Of a DNA stretch of 64,000 nucleotides, positions 12,496 to 24,599 are shown piece by piece (the stretch's first letter is position 1; each line of letters starts with the position of its first letter). The stretch lies in the NCBI GenBank assembly GCA_013239625.1, contig MU057202.1, forward strand, positions 2,803,101 through 2,867,100. The letters run 5' to 3'. The position numbers and the translations under genes were made by a program. The stretch is from Lama guanicoe (lineage: Eukaryota). The notes under the pieces were generated by a model. That model had not been told where the DNA came from, searched no databases, and saw only the letters and a program-made list of their open reading frames with translations.

Positions 12496-13524
12496 ATGGA
12501 GGCCTCGCCACTGACAGGAGGTGGGAAGTGTCCATTCTAGATGGGTGCTCCATCACTGACACCCCCTGCCACAACATCCCCACTGTGCTCATCACTCAGT
12601 CAGTCCCCTTCCTCGTACTGGCCCATTCTGGCTGCCAGGAGCTCAGCCAAGCAGGAATCTGCAGGAATGCTCCAGCCCAGGCAGGCCAGGGTGCCAGGAG
12701 GGTGCCAGCAAGGCCCTGGGGCTCACAGACCAGGACTTGACCCCCCTCCCCGGGCAGGGGTCTGTCATCATGGCCTGTCCCTGCCTCGTTCAGCCCAAGG
12801 TGAGCTCCTTTGAAGTTTGCTGTTCGGGACAATTAACCGGAGCCTTGATCTGGATCCGGAAGCCGGCACCCCAGCCCTGTCCCCCGAATCCTGGGCTGCC
12901 TCTGCTGAGAGTGGATGAGCCTCTCCCTGCCCTCCTCCCTGGTGACCCCTGCCTCCCCCGAGCCACCTTGCACCATCACCCAGCCTGCCTGCCCGGACCT
13001 GAAAGGCTGGGTGCCGACGCCACCCACGGCCTGCCAGGCCCTCCCTGCACTGCCGCCCCAGCTCCTCACCCACTGCAGGAATCCTGGGGTGCTCCCACCC
13101 TTGCCAGCCCCCAGGCCCTCATCTTGGCGGATGGTCCCTCCGCTGCCCTCCCTGGGGGGCCGCTTGTCCCACCAGGCCCCTACTGGGGCAGAATTTAGGG
13201 GGAAACAACATAGCTTCACGCACTGGTGAGAAAGGACTCGGTCCTCGCTCTGACTCTCAGAAAACCCCTGAGATGTCGAGTAAGGGGCCTCCGCCGGCAC
13301 CACCCAGAAGAGGGTCGTCCACTGTGTTCTGGATCTTGGGGCCTGATGGGGGCTGCGGCAAGGTGTTTGGCAGAAAGGAGAATCCTGGCCCCCTTGTCCT
13401 TCCTGCAGCGGACGCCAGCATTTCCCAGTGACCAGCGTGGCCATGCCAGCCTCACGTGCAGGCCCCGCTGTGGCACGGGGGCCTTGGGCATGTGGCCAGG
13501 CCTCCCCGAGTCCCGCCCCCTCCT

Positions 13525-14024
13525 GTGCAGGAACATTAACAGGGCAGGACGAATGCCCACTGCCCGAGGACAGAGGCTCTCCCTTGACCTAGTCAGGCTC
13601 CTCTGAGCATGTTTTCAGCTAGGCTCACCCTCAGGCATGTCCTCAAAAACCCAGTGTTACCAAGAACCCTGCCAAGTCAGTGTAGCCAGAATCCCCCAAC
13701 TTTGGTATCTGATCCCCCTCAATGTATGACCAAGTTCCTCCCCCTCCCCCAGTGACGTCTGACCCCCTGACCTGCGTTCAGTAGGAATCCTGTTGGGTCA
13801 GTTTAGCCAGAATCTCCCTCACCCCTCCTGTTTCCTTCTATTCTTTTCCACCCAAGGACCCCATCTGCTCTGTGGCCGTAGCCCGCCCCTCCCCCACCGC
13901 GGACGCTGCATCTCTCTCCCCTTCTGCAGATCCACTGCGCTGGCCCTGCCCCCATCCTGACGCTCCTGGGTGACGTGGGCCTCACCATCTGTAACGTGTG
14001 TGAAGGATTGTTTTTTCTTTAACA
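13525..14024 (+). mobile_element. ERV1 (MER4-group-like) solo LTR
   Basis: ctagtcaggctcctctgagc, duplicated gtcagt(g/t)tagccagaatc motif, terminus ttttttctttaaca. Confidence 0.6.
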
Positions 14025-14469
14025 GCGGTGGTCACTCAGGCGGCGGTCAAAGGGCAGGGAGCAGCGCAGGAGCCCCCAGCACAGGGCCGGCTGCAGGATG
14101 GGGCCGCAGCGCTGTTCCCTCCCTCTCCAGGGAATTCTGACTTTGGTGGGGAGACCTCTGTGTTCTGGATGCCCGAGCTCATGCTGGGTCCTCTGGGCAG
14201 ACTCTGAGAGGACCAGGATGAACCCGCCTGGCCTGAGGATCTGTATGCCCGTCGGGTGGTGGGGTGTAGCCGCCCCCTTCCTGTGGACAGCTGGCAGGAG
14301 CCCCTGCCCAGGAGGCCAGCCCAGAGGAGGGCAGCCAGTCTCCTAAGAGGCCAGGGCCAAGAAGCTCGAGGGACAGGGAGACATGGACGTGGCGGGCTGG
14401 ACACCAGAGCTGGGCGCTGAGGGACAGGATGTTCCGCTGGGCAGAGGAGGAAGGAATGTTTCCCAGAGA

Positions 14470-14645
14470 TTTGCTCAGCTCAGGGTCTCTGGGCTGGTGC
14501 CCTCCAGGGACACTTGGCGATGGTGGTGACAGTGTTGGTTGTCAGTACCAGGGAGGGGAGGAGGCGACAGTGCCCTGGCACCTCGTGGGTGGAGACCAGG
14601 GACACTGCTCAACTTCCTACAGCGCACAGGACGCCCCCAGTGTTG
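14470..14645. mobile_element. MER20 (hAT) element
   Basis: gggacacttggcgat...tggttgtca...gggtggagaccagggacactgctcaacttcctacagcgcacaggac. Confidence 0.7.
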
Positions 14646-14840
14646 TTCATGTTGGGGGGTTCACCAAGGACAAGGGCACAGACCCAGCGCCTACCATTGC
14701 CTCCTCCACTTCATTCAAGCTCTGGTGACGTCAAGGAGGGCTGACATGCGTCAGGCCCCCCAGCCCCCCTTCTGTGCCCTCAGCGTTTGTAAGGGCTCCA
14801 GGAGGACAGGGTGGGGATGTCCTGCAGTGGGTCTCCCTCC

Positions 14841-14897
14841 NNNNNNNNNNNNNNNNNNNNNNNNNNNNNNNNNNNNNNNNNNNNNNNNNNNNNNNNN
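14841..14897. other. Assembly gap (N run)
   Basis: 57 N. Confidence 1.
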
Positions 14898-15379
14898 CGA
14901 GCGACTGCGTGCAGGACTGCAGATCTGGGGAAGCAGCGTAATCCTGGAGCCTCTTGCATCAGCCCGGCCTCTGCGCGAGGGGCGGGGACGGAGAGGTGGG
15001 GACGTTGGAGCCTTTACCTGGCTCCTGGGTTCACTCATGCAAGGGAACAAATGTGTCCCCAGGGCTTTCTTTCTCCACAGAACATGCTCCACCTTGTGTA
15101 ACTGGAGACCAGGCTGCCGTGGGGCCAGATGCTCCTTGGAGCTGCTCTGACTCGCTCCTGCCCTCACCCCCGCCCTTCCCCAGGTCTGTGAGTCAGCGCT
15201 CCCGAGGAAGGGCAAGGGCGGAGGAGGACGGTAGGCAGGGCTCGGGGAGCCCAAGGTTGCATCAGTGTGTTGATCTGATGCAGCGAAGTTCTGGAGGGAG
15301 TCACGGTGCCTGAGCATGGATATGCAAACCAGGACACGCGCACCCACAGGGGTGACAAAGAGGCTTCACCCGGGCCAGC

Positions 15380-15620
15380 TCTAACCAACAGTCCTGGCTG
15401 TCTCGGCCCCTGAGTGGCATCTGGGGACACTTGGCAGTGCCTGGAGACATTTTTGGTTGTCACAGCTTGGTGGGGAAGGGGTATGCTACTGGCATCTAAT
15501 GGGTCCAGGTCAGGGGTGCTCTCAGCATCCTACAATGCAGAAAACAGTCCCTTCCCACACACCACCATGAAGAGTGATTCTACCCCGAATGTCGACCCCC
15601 AAGTCTGGGAGACCATGGCC
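15380..15620. mobile_element. MER20 (hAT) element
   Basis: ggggacacttggcagtgcctggagacatttttggttgtcacagct...tgctactggcatctaatggg. Confidence 0.8.
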
Positions 15621-16717
15621 CCAAGAGATAGAGCTGCAATCCATTGCTTATGTCTGCCACTGGCACAGGAACGGGAGTGGCGGTGCCCACGTGGCTTATT
15701 CTCCACCCCAGTCCCTTCTGGCAAGTGGTCCCTGATGAAAGCGATCAATGCACTCCACCTCCCCTCACCTCCCCGTCTCTGTCTGGGGCCTGTACACCTA
15801 TGGTTCCTCTGTGCTGCCAGCGACGGCAGGCCCCAGCTGAGGGGAGGTGTTTGGACCAGGGTACGTACTGCCCTGTTCCAGGGGTTCTGTGATGTGGTGG
15901 CCTTATGTGGGTTACTGCTTTCTTGGGGATGGCTTTTATATGGGCCAGGAGTCGAAATCTCTCACGTCTCCAGGGGCCAGACCCGGAAGAGAAATGCACT
16001 GAGTGGGCAGGTGGAGGTGATGGTCACCTGCGGCCCAGGACAACTGCTGCACAGTCCAGCTGCTTTAATCCCTGGGGATGGAGAGCCTGACGTCATCAGA
16101 GCCTTGTTTTGTTGGTTTTTTTTTAAGAAAAAAATTAGAAATTTGGCTATTTCTTAATGTGAAGGTTCCCAGATTTTTGAATGTGAATGCCTATTATTTG
16201 AACATACAGTGTGTGTGGTTGCGGGGAGAGTCTGCGGTCCCCTCAGCCTCAGCTGTCCCTGCGCTGGTCAGGCAGGCCCCAGCTCCCTAAGTGAGGGTGA
16301 CTGTGCTGCTGTTCAGACCACGGCCGTCCCCATGTAATCCAGCCCAACAAGCGAGGATACTCACCCCAGGGCTAGGCGGAGAGAGCACAGCGTGCGTGCG
16401 AGGAGGCAGGGGCGAGACCCAGGGGCTAGTCCATGGTCGGATTCTGACACCAGGTCAGCAGCTCCCAGCTGGCTGCCCCACAATACCCTCCCTCCCGGGA
16501 CCCTTTGCTCAACAGATTTCCCTGCTCTGCCCAAGACCTGCCCAACCAGAATCTGGTTTCCAAAAGGCTCTTTAGTAACGTTCTACACCTTGATGGGGTG
16601 TTGCGTTACCCAGTGTATGTGTTTATCTCAGTTCATCCAGGGATGCACTGAAGACGGTGCACCTTGTGGTGTGTAAGCTTACACAGAGAAAGCAGGAACT
16701 GAAGGGAGAGAGACGGT

Positions 16718-17860
16718 GTGTCCGGAAGGAGGAAATGTCCCTCTTCCCTGTGAAATGGAGCAGGACCCTGCAGGGCCCTCCAGGTGCAAAAGTCCCTCTG
16801 CACTCCCCCGTTTCTTGTCTGCAAAAAGACTTTTAGTTTCCTGAGTTCCAGAGAGCAGACTCAAGCAATTGCTATGTAGGGAAGTGAGGGAACACAGAAA
16901 CAAAGGAGAGGCCGTTAAGTAAGAAAAGTAATGAGACCGGCGTAGTGATAAAACAGAGCCCTGGTTCCTCCTGGAGGGACGCACACACAGCCTGACCCAG
17001 CTCCCGGAGCTGCTCTGCAGAAACTCACGCCCCAGCCCGGCGGGGGAGGAAGCTGACCACATGCTGAGACCCCAGACTGGGTGGAGCCAGAAGCCTGATG
17101 ACTGAGACTCCTGGAGCGTCCCCACCAACCAGTCAGACGGAAGTCCGGGAGATGCAACCCTCACCCCAAGTGCTGCCTTTAAGAAGCCTCCCCTGAAAGC
17201 CATCGGGGAATCGGGGTCTTTTGAGCACAAGCTTCCTCTGCTTCTTGCTTGGTGCCCTGCAAATAAACACCGTACTTTCCTTGCCCACAACCTTGTGTTA
17301 GAAGACCAGCGTTCCGCGTGGCAGGCGAGTGGACCCAGATTCTGTTCAGCAACATCCTCTAGGTTCTTCTGGCTGGTCTGAGAACTAAACTGACAGGAGA
17401 CAGATTAACAGGAGAAAACCAAGCAGAAGTGTAATAACATCACCCAGAAAAACTGAGTAGCTCGCCAAAGTGACTGAACGTTCACCTTAAGTACCACCTG
17501 CAGGTAGAGACAGAGAGGGTGCCGGGACGGTGGTTTGGGACTTCAAAGGGGAGGAAGGTAATTCACAGGGGAGACGCAATAGCAAGTGTTTGGTAAGTGG
17601 GAGTTTGCTGGGCGGCGCAGAAACCCTGGGACAGAGGGCTCTGATCCCGGAGGGCTTCCCCCGGCACCGGGCCCTGGTTCCTTGCCAACCTCTCTGGTGA
17701 CCACTCTATTCCTGTCACAGGCCCTCCATCGAAATCCTAATTCGAGCAGCTAAGGGGGAAGGTCAGACTTTCTTCCTGAGTCCCTTGGGCTGTGATTATT
17801 TTCAGCTGGAAACGATCCACAGACCCGAGACATTTCTGGACGGCAAATTTTGTTCCCGCA
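16718..17860 (-). mobile_element. ERV1-type LTR (minus) split by a nested LTR
   Basis: ggaggaaatgtccctcttccc [insert] tcctctaggttc...gacagattaacaggagaaaa is the reverse of the LTR terminus seen at 18728-18810. Confidence 0.6.
16749..17354 (+). mobile_element. ERV solo LTR nested in the previous LTR
   Basis: TG start (gaaatggagcaggaccctg), tttaagaa TATA-like box, AATAAA at ~17261, ends gttcagcaaCA. Confidence 0.7.
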
Positions 17861-17927
17861 CGAGAGAGAGAGAAAACCCTAAATCCATGTCTGAACACAA
17901 GTGGCCAGCCTCCCGCCTCCTGGCCCG

Positions 17928-18145
17928 GCAGATGCACACGACTGTATATGACACAGACAAACGACAGAGTCCCGCTGTGTGGCCCAGGGAACTGTATCCG
18001 ATTCCTTACAATGAACTGTAATGGAAAAGAATCTGAAGATACGTGTACATGTGTGCATGTGTACGTGTAACTGGGCCCCTTGGCTGCACACCTGGAACTG
18101 ACATTGCCAATCAATCACACTTCGATTCAAAAACAATAATAAAAG
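17928..18145 (+). mobile_element. L1 3' end (artiodactyl type)
   Basis: cagggaactgtatc...taatggaaaagaatctgaa...gctgcacacctggaactgac plus A-rich tail. Confidence 0.75.
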
Positions 18146-18259
18146 GAAGGGAAGGAAGGACTGGTTTCCCGAGGTTCCCCAGAGCCGCCGCCCCCTGACT
18201 CAGTCGGCGCTCAGACCACTTGTCCTCTCACTGCTTCCCTTTGAATTGACTCACTTCAT

Positions 18260-18810
18260 TTACTTAACGGGAAAACCAGCCATAAACAGAAGGTCACCGT
18301 AGGAACAAATACAGTGTGAAAAAACGCCACATCAGATTGGCAGGGGAACAGAGTCCGTCACCCCCAAGAGTGTCTCTTGGGAACATTACTCTGTGCTGGT
18401 TATTCCCAAGCAGCAGACACAGGGGAACGCTCTGGAAGCCAAGCAGGACGTGCCCTTTTGTGGGAACCCCTGGCATTTGTACGGGAGCAAAGGGAAACCT
18501 GCCCGCAGTGGGCGGGCGTCTCCCTCTCTGTGCCTGGAAGGGGGGCTGCGTCTCTCGAAACCCTCATGGGCAGGGAAATCGATGCCCTGACGCTGCTTCA
18601 CCGCCTGGGCTGGCGGCTTCTCCTGGCCGCCCCCACGGCTGACTGTCCCCACACTCAGCGTCCTCTTTCATCTTTAGCTGCCGATGTTATTTGAAGCGAG
18701 AGCTTCAGCCATTAAACCTGGGTTTCATTTTTCTCCTGTTAATGTGTCATGGGTTAGTTTAATTCTTAATCGGTCAGAAGGACCTAGAGGAAGATTTCTT
18801 CCTCCCTGAG
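18260..18810 (+). mobile_element. ERV1-type LTR
   Basis: ATTAAA at ~18711 followed by ttttctcctgttaat...acctagagga...cttcctccctgaga terminus. Confidence 0.55.
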
Positions 18811-19234
18811 AGATTCCAGCAGGATTTGCCAAACGCTGGGGACTCCAGGTCTGCCAAAAAAGGAAACTCACACGAGCTGAGAGGCGGTCCAGGCCCACTG
18901 ACCGCCAAGTGGGGCTTCCCCAATGCCACCGAAGGGGCTGAGAAGGGGCAGAGGGTTCTCACTGTGTGATCCAGCGGCGCCTCTGGGGCACCGATCAGGC
19001 TCTGGGAGGGATGCCTTGCGCCCCCATCCCTGACTCGCCTGGCAGGCAAAGTGTGGGAATGAGGACCCCTTCCCCTCCAAGCCAGGCGGCAGGGAGCCTG
19101 GGGGAAGCAGTTCCAAATAAGCTGGGATGAGAGCCAGGCCAGAATTTCCGGTCAGAGCAGAGGAAAGCCAGGAGACCATCACCTGCACTTGCAGACGTGT
19201 GCCCCAGAGAGTGAAACTGGGTGTCTGAGTCAGC

Positions 19235-19690
19235 ACAAGACACCATGACCAAAAATGGAGACAAGCCAAACATCCATCTTCTGACGAGTGGATAAACAAA
19301 TAGCAAATTCCATCCAAACAAGGGAATATTACTCAGGAATGAAAAGGAGGAAGCCCTGGTGCAGCTACGACGCGGGGGGCCTTGAGAACATCACACTGAG
19401 TGAAACAAGCCGTCATGAAAAACCCCAGATCGTATGATTCCACGTATGCGGAACGCCCAGAAAAGGCAGATCCATAGACATAGACAGCTGAGCAGTGGTG
19501 CAGGCCGGTGGGACAGACGGATGGGGAGTGGCTGCCTCCTTCTGGGGCGACAGAAATGTTCCGGGACTAGACAGAGGCAGTGGTTGTACAACACTGTGAG
19601 TGTCCCAAATGCCACTGAACTGTAGACTCTAAAATGGTTGACTTTACATTGTATGAATTATCTCAGTTAAAAAATCCTTTAAAAATAAAT
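19235..19690 (+). mobile_element. L1MB/MC-type 3' end
   Basis: gagtggataaacaaa, ggaatattactcaggaatgaaaagga, aatgccactgaactgta, tgtatgaattatctca. Confidence 0.8.
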
Positions 19691-20349
19691 TTTTTACAAA
19701 GGAAGAAACTCTGGGAGAGAAGGGACTGAGATGGTTTAATGCCTGAGGCTGATTTGAAGCTGAAACTCTGTGCAGTGGGCACCCCCAGTCCCTTCTCAGG
19801 GCAGGGGCCATCTGGGCTTGGCCAAGCACTCTGGCCCCAGGAGGACGTAGTGGGTGGGTACGCCCGGGAGAGGAGGGGACCCTGAGGCCCTGCATTTGCA
19901 GGAGACACCTCTCCTGCCCCGTCCCCCAGGCCCCAGGCCACAGGCAAGAGCCTGGATCAGGACATCTCTGCTACTTCCCACCCTGTCCTCCCCTGACCGG
20001 GGCCACCTCCCCAGCAGTGTGGCCCCACAGTGAAGACACAAAGGACTCCAGCCTGGCATTGATGTGCCAGAGGTCACCCCCTGTTTGCAGAGACACACAG
20101 ACACCTGCAAAAACGCCTGCCATCAGTGAGGTGACAGCCGTCTGCCAGCTCATCCGAGTGCAGGAGCCCACATAATCCCCCTGCCGGACGGGAGTGCTGT
20201 CCCCATTGGAAAAACCCACCCACGTGGAAACGAGGCGGCAGCCAGGCCTGACAAGGTCAGGGGTCAGGTTCCAGCAGGGCTCTGCCGGGCTCGGACTGAC
20301 CCGGGGCTCCTGGGGAGCGATGGGGCCACCTACAGCAGCCACGCCGGGC

Positions 20350-20745
20350 GCTGGTTACAGCCCTGAATTCACCGGAAACTCAGACGTGAGCTTATTTGGA
20401 ACCAGGGACTTGCAAATGTCATTAGCTAAGTTCAGGCAAGGTCTGAACTTAGGTCAGGGTGGCCCTAAATCCAGTGACTAATGTCCTTATAGTTGAGGCA
20501 CAGACACAGAGGGAGGCCGCGTAAGGACAGAGGCAGAGGCTGGAGGAACGTGACCACAAGCCGAGGGACGCCCGGAGCCCCGGAAGCTCACAGAGGCAGG
20601 ATGGACCTTCCCTTGGGGCCTCGGGAGGGAGCTCGCCCCTGCGCCCCTGATTTCAGACTCCTGGCCTCCAGGACGGGAGGGAGGGGGTTTCAGTTGCTCT
20701 AAGTCCTCCAGCTCGTGGTCATCTGTCGTGGCAGCCCCAGGACAA
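20350..20745 (+). mobile_element. MLT1 LTR
   Basis: gggtggccctaaatccagtgactaatgtccttata...tgatttcagactcctggcctccagga. Confidence 0.75.
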
Positions 20746-21329
20746 TGACGCAGCTCCTCTCACCCCTGCCTGGTGGGTGCCAGGTCTCTGGGTGTGGTGT
20801 CCTCCACCAGCCTTTCGGACAAGGCTGAGGCCGGCGCCAGCCTCCCCCACAGCCTCCCCCAGCCTGCCTCTCACACCCTCACGGCGGCAGCTGGGGCTGC
20901 CCCCACAGCCCACATGCACTCCCCCGTGCAGTGACTCACGGAGCCGCCAGCTCTGGAAATATCCTCATCCTCCACGGCACAGAGGGAGCTGGAACTTGAC
21001 TGCGTCCATGCAGCCGTGATGGCCACTCTCAGCGCTCAGGCCCGGCCGAGAGCAGGCCCCTTCCCAGAGCAGCACCTCTCGGGACAGCCAGCGTGCACGT
21101 CCCTGCGTGGACAGGGTTCTAGGGACAGGGGGACGAGGGAGGTGCCCTCCAACTCGCAGGGCAGCAGGGCAGCGGGGAGCCCGTTTCTCGGAACTCAGTG
21201 TGAGCTGAGTGGCCGAGAGGGGCCAGGTGGGGGAGATTCTGTAATGAGCAGGACCCTAGGGGGCTTCCCGGGACACACCCCTCCGCCGTGTCCTCTGCTG
21301 TGGCTCCTCTGAAGCTCCCAGATCCTAGT

Positions 21330-21632
21330 GTCTCATGCCTGTTCCCTGAGTCTCTCAGGTGCTAAAAACCACCACCAAGTGGAAGAAATGATCTCCTTGA
21401 GGATTGTGAGCACGTGGCCCCGACCTCCTGGCGCCCAGGGGTTGATGGTGCTGACCGCCCTGTTAGCCCAACATCAACCAATCAGAGGACAGCGCGCAGC
21501 TGATCCCGGGCCTGGGCCACCCCTCCCTCACCTGCCTTTAGCGATGCTTCGGGGAGTTCGGGGGTTTCCTGGGCGTGGGCCACCCTGTCCACCTCGCTCA
21601 GCGAGGAGCACAGGGACTTGTGTTCAGCAACA
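21330..21632 (+). mobile_element. ERV LTR fragment related to 16749-17354
   Basis: caaccaatcagagg, tcggggagttcggggg, and the same tgttcagcaaca terminus. Confidence 0.55.
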
Positions 21633-22279
21633 ACCTGGGGCCGAGGGCAGCTCCCGCTGAGCCCGCTCTGCCTGCACCTGCCGGGAGCTCCCAGGCTGGC
21701 CAACAGGCTGACCTGGACGGTGGGGGAGGGCGGAGGGCAGACCACCAGGGTCTTGTCTGTTGGGGGGTCTGCTAAGGGCTCAGGAGCAGCAGAGTACGAT
21801 GGATGACCCGGGCCTAGGAGCTGGGCGTGGAACGGCGCTCCCAGCTGTGGGATCCGACACGCTCAGACCGTTTCTGCCTGGGTCTGCGGTTCCAGATTAA
21901 ATTACCTAATTGATGCTAATTCAGGAACAGACACTGCTGGAGCGCCATGGGTGCGAGGCCGGCCCTGCACAGCCCAGCCGGTGCAGTCAAGCTTCCACAC
22001 CTGTCAGCTCTCAGGCACGCACATTGGTCTGTCACCTGCTGGCCCTGGGATGTGGCCCTCGAGTCTGGGGTCCACAGTTAGCCCAGCCCCATGGCCCCTC
22101 GCTGTCTAGGACAGTCACCCTGAAGGGTGCCGTGGGGAACAGAGGAGGGAGGCCCCCCAGGTCTGTCCGCTTTACCCCAGCTTCCCATTCACTGCTGTTC
22201 GCAGGGAGGGTCGTTTGGCTCCAAGGTAAAGATCTTGGTCTAGATAGGGGTCTGTTGGGCCAACTGACATCCTTCCAAG

Positions 22280-22710
22280 TCCAGTGACCCCCACTCCTGG
22301 GCTCTCAGACGTCTGCCTGCCATCCCTCAACAGATGAAGTCCATTCTTTGCTGGGCATGTTTCCCCTAACAAACTGATAATCCCAGGCCATGCCCACTCC
22401 CACAGCGGCTCAGGCTGGCCTGCTCCAGCCCGCCTTGTCGGAGCCAGAAACCCCACCGCCCTTCGCAGGCCCTAACCTCTGCCGCACCTGCAACCAACCA
22501 GAGACTCGTGCACAAGCCGCCCAGGCGCCTTGTGGCCCTCCCTTATAACCCCCCACCAGCCGGCCCTCGGGGCTCACGGGAACCCCTCGTCTGTGTGGCC
22601 TGCAGTGGGCTGTGGCAGCACACCCCTAATCAGCTCCTTTTCTACTCTCGTACTTTATCTCTGGTAAATTCTTTTACCAACCCATGCGTCACCATGCCAC
22701 TGACGGGCCA
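22280..22710 (+). mobile_element. ERV1-type LTR remnant
   Basis: ccttataacc TATA-like box; ctggtaaattcttttaccaaccc 3' motif. Confidence 0.45.
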
Positions 22711-22959
22711 CCTCCCTTGTGTCCCACAGCAGGGTTGTTGTCAAGTTTCCCGAGATCCCAGCTTCACCCCCTCCCCACCCTCACAAGCACCATCGTCCGT
22801 TCTGAGTTTCCCCGGGGGCCCCGCCGTCCCACCCAGGGGTCATTTGACCAGATGCCAGGTAATTCTAGGTGGACCAAGACTGGGGTCGTTCGCACTGGGG
22901 ATGGGGAGAGTTGGATGTTGACAGAGTCCCACGGAATCTCTAGTGGGTTAGACAGGGCC

Positions 22960-23380
22960 CCCCATTCATGTCCACCCGGAACCTCAGGATGGGACCCCAC
23001 TCAGATCTAGGGACGTTGCAGATGAGATTAAGGCAAGGGTCTCAAGATGTGACCATCCTGGGTTAGGACGGTCCCTAAGTCCAGTGAGAGTGTCCTTATA
23101 AGAGACAGAAAAGGAGACACACAGGGAGGCAGAGACACAGGGAGAGGCCATGGGAGGATGGAGACACAGGTTGGAGGGACACAGCCATGAGCCAAGGGTT
23201 TCCAGAGCCCCAGGGAGCTCCAAGTGGCAGGAAGGACCCTCCTCCAGAGCCTCTGGGGGAGCGTGGCCCTGCCCACACGACAGTCTAGGGCTCTGCCTCC
23301 AGGGCTGGGGGTGTGCTTCTGGTGTTTGAGCCCGCCCTGCTGCGGTCCTCTGTGACAGTAGCCCCAGGACACTGACACCA
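22960..23380 (+). mobile_element. MLT1 LTR
   Basis: ccctaagtccagtgagagtgtccttataagagacagaaaagg...gggagcgtggccctgccc. Confidence 0.75.
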
Positions 23381-23476
23381 AGGCCTTCGGGGCGTGTATG
23401 CTTTCTTCACTGAGCGAAGCGAGCATCGTAAGGTGGTTTTAGTGATCGGGCGGGCCACGTAAGCAATCCTTGAGAC

Positions 23477-23556
23477 GGGGGAGGGTGCAGCTCAGTGACG
23501 GAGCACGTGCTTGGTGTGCACGGGTCTGGGGCCCAATCCCGTGTTTCCGTCAAAAT
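23477..23556 (+). mobile_element. Degenerate tRNA(Ala)-derived SINE of camelid type
   Basis: ggggagggtgcagctcagtgacggagcacgtgcttggtgtgcacgggtctggggcccaatccc: A-box, decayed B-box; resembles the recalled camelid SINE head. Confidence 0.65.
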
Positions 23557-24599
23557 GATCCCTGAAAGGAACAAGCGTTTGTCCCAGGCTCCCCTTTCAA
23601 GCCAAGGGCCCGTTAATGACGGATTCGTCGGCTGCGCTTTCCCACCAGGCCCACCTCGCCCACAGGGTGCTGATGGGCGGCCCCGACAGCCTGGTCCAGA
23701 CGCGTCCAAGGCCCCAGGCCAACAAGGAGTTATTTGTCGACGCGATGACACCTGATGTTCTCTCTGTCACATCAAGCATGGTGTGATGCTCACATCTCAC
23801 AGGGAACGGGCGAACATTGGCTGTAGCTTGAATCCAAGCGTACAGCTTTCGTCCGTCCTGGACCTCCGTGTGCTAATGTCAACCCTGCGTGTCCCCCAGC
23901 CACCCCCCCCGGGGGGCTCACATGTCCAACAAGGTCCTAGGGAGGCTACTCTGGGCCCCACACACGCACCCGCCGGGCAGCGGGGCTGAGGGTCTTGAGG
24001 GTGCGAAGGTGGTGGATTGGCCACCCATGTGTCACGGGAGCCTCAGAGCAAAGAGCAGGAGAAGCAGAGTGATGAGAGCTGGGGAGACATGGGGAAAGAG
24101 GAAATTTCTCCCCGCAGGAAGAAGGCACTAGAATGAGCGTCTGCCGAGGATCCCGATCATTCCTGTGGAATCCCCACCTGCACCTGGGGCAGCCCCCTCG
24201 CAGACACCTGGGAGGGTGGGGACCCCTGAGCCGCAGTGAGGTCCCGCCTCCCCATCTTGGTGTGAATGTCACGGGGCGGACAGTCTTCTAGAACTTGAGA
24301 CGTTGTATGGTGCCCCAGCCTTCCTCTGTTTCTCACTGGACCCTAGACTCTCAGGCTGCAGGGTCACCCAGCTCTCCAGTCAAAACCCGTGGCTGCTCGC
24401 TCTGCAGCTGACCCGCCCAGCACCACGCTGCCTCCAGCTCGGGAAGCCCCTGGGGCCCCGCCCTCGCGGTCTAACTCTGCGTATATCCTCACCCCAGGCC
24501 CCCCGAGGGTCAGGGCCAGCGCACCTGCCCAGACTCCCCTGCTCTCTCGGGCTTCATGGCAGACAGGAGGCCAGCCGAGTGACAGCCTCAAGACGCGCG

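Noticed and set aside
23477-23556. Functional tRNA-Ala gene
   Set aside because: T-loop/B-box degenerate (gcccaatcc in place of gttcaatcc) and stems mismatched; it is a SINE remnant.
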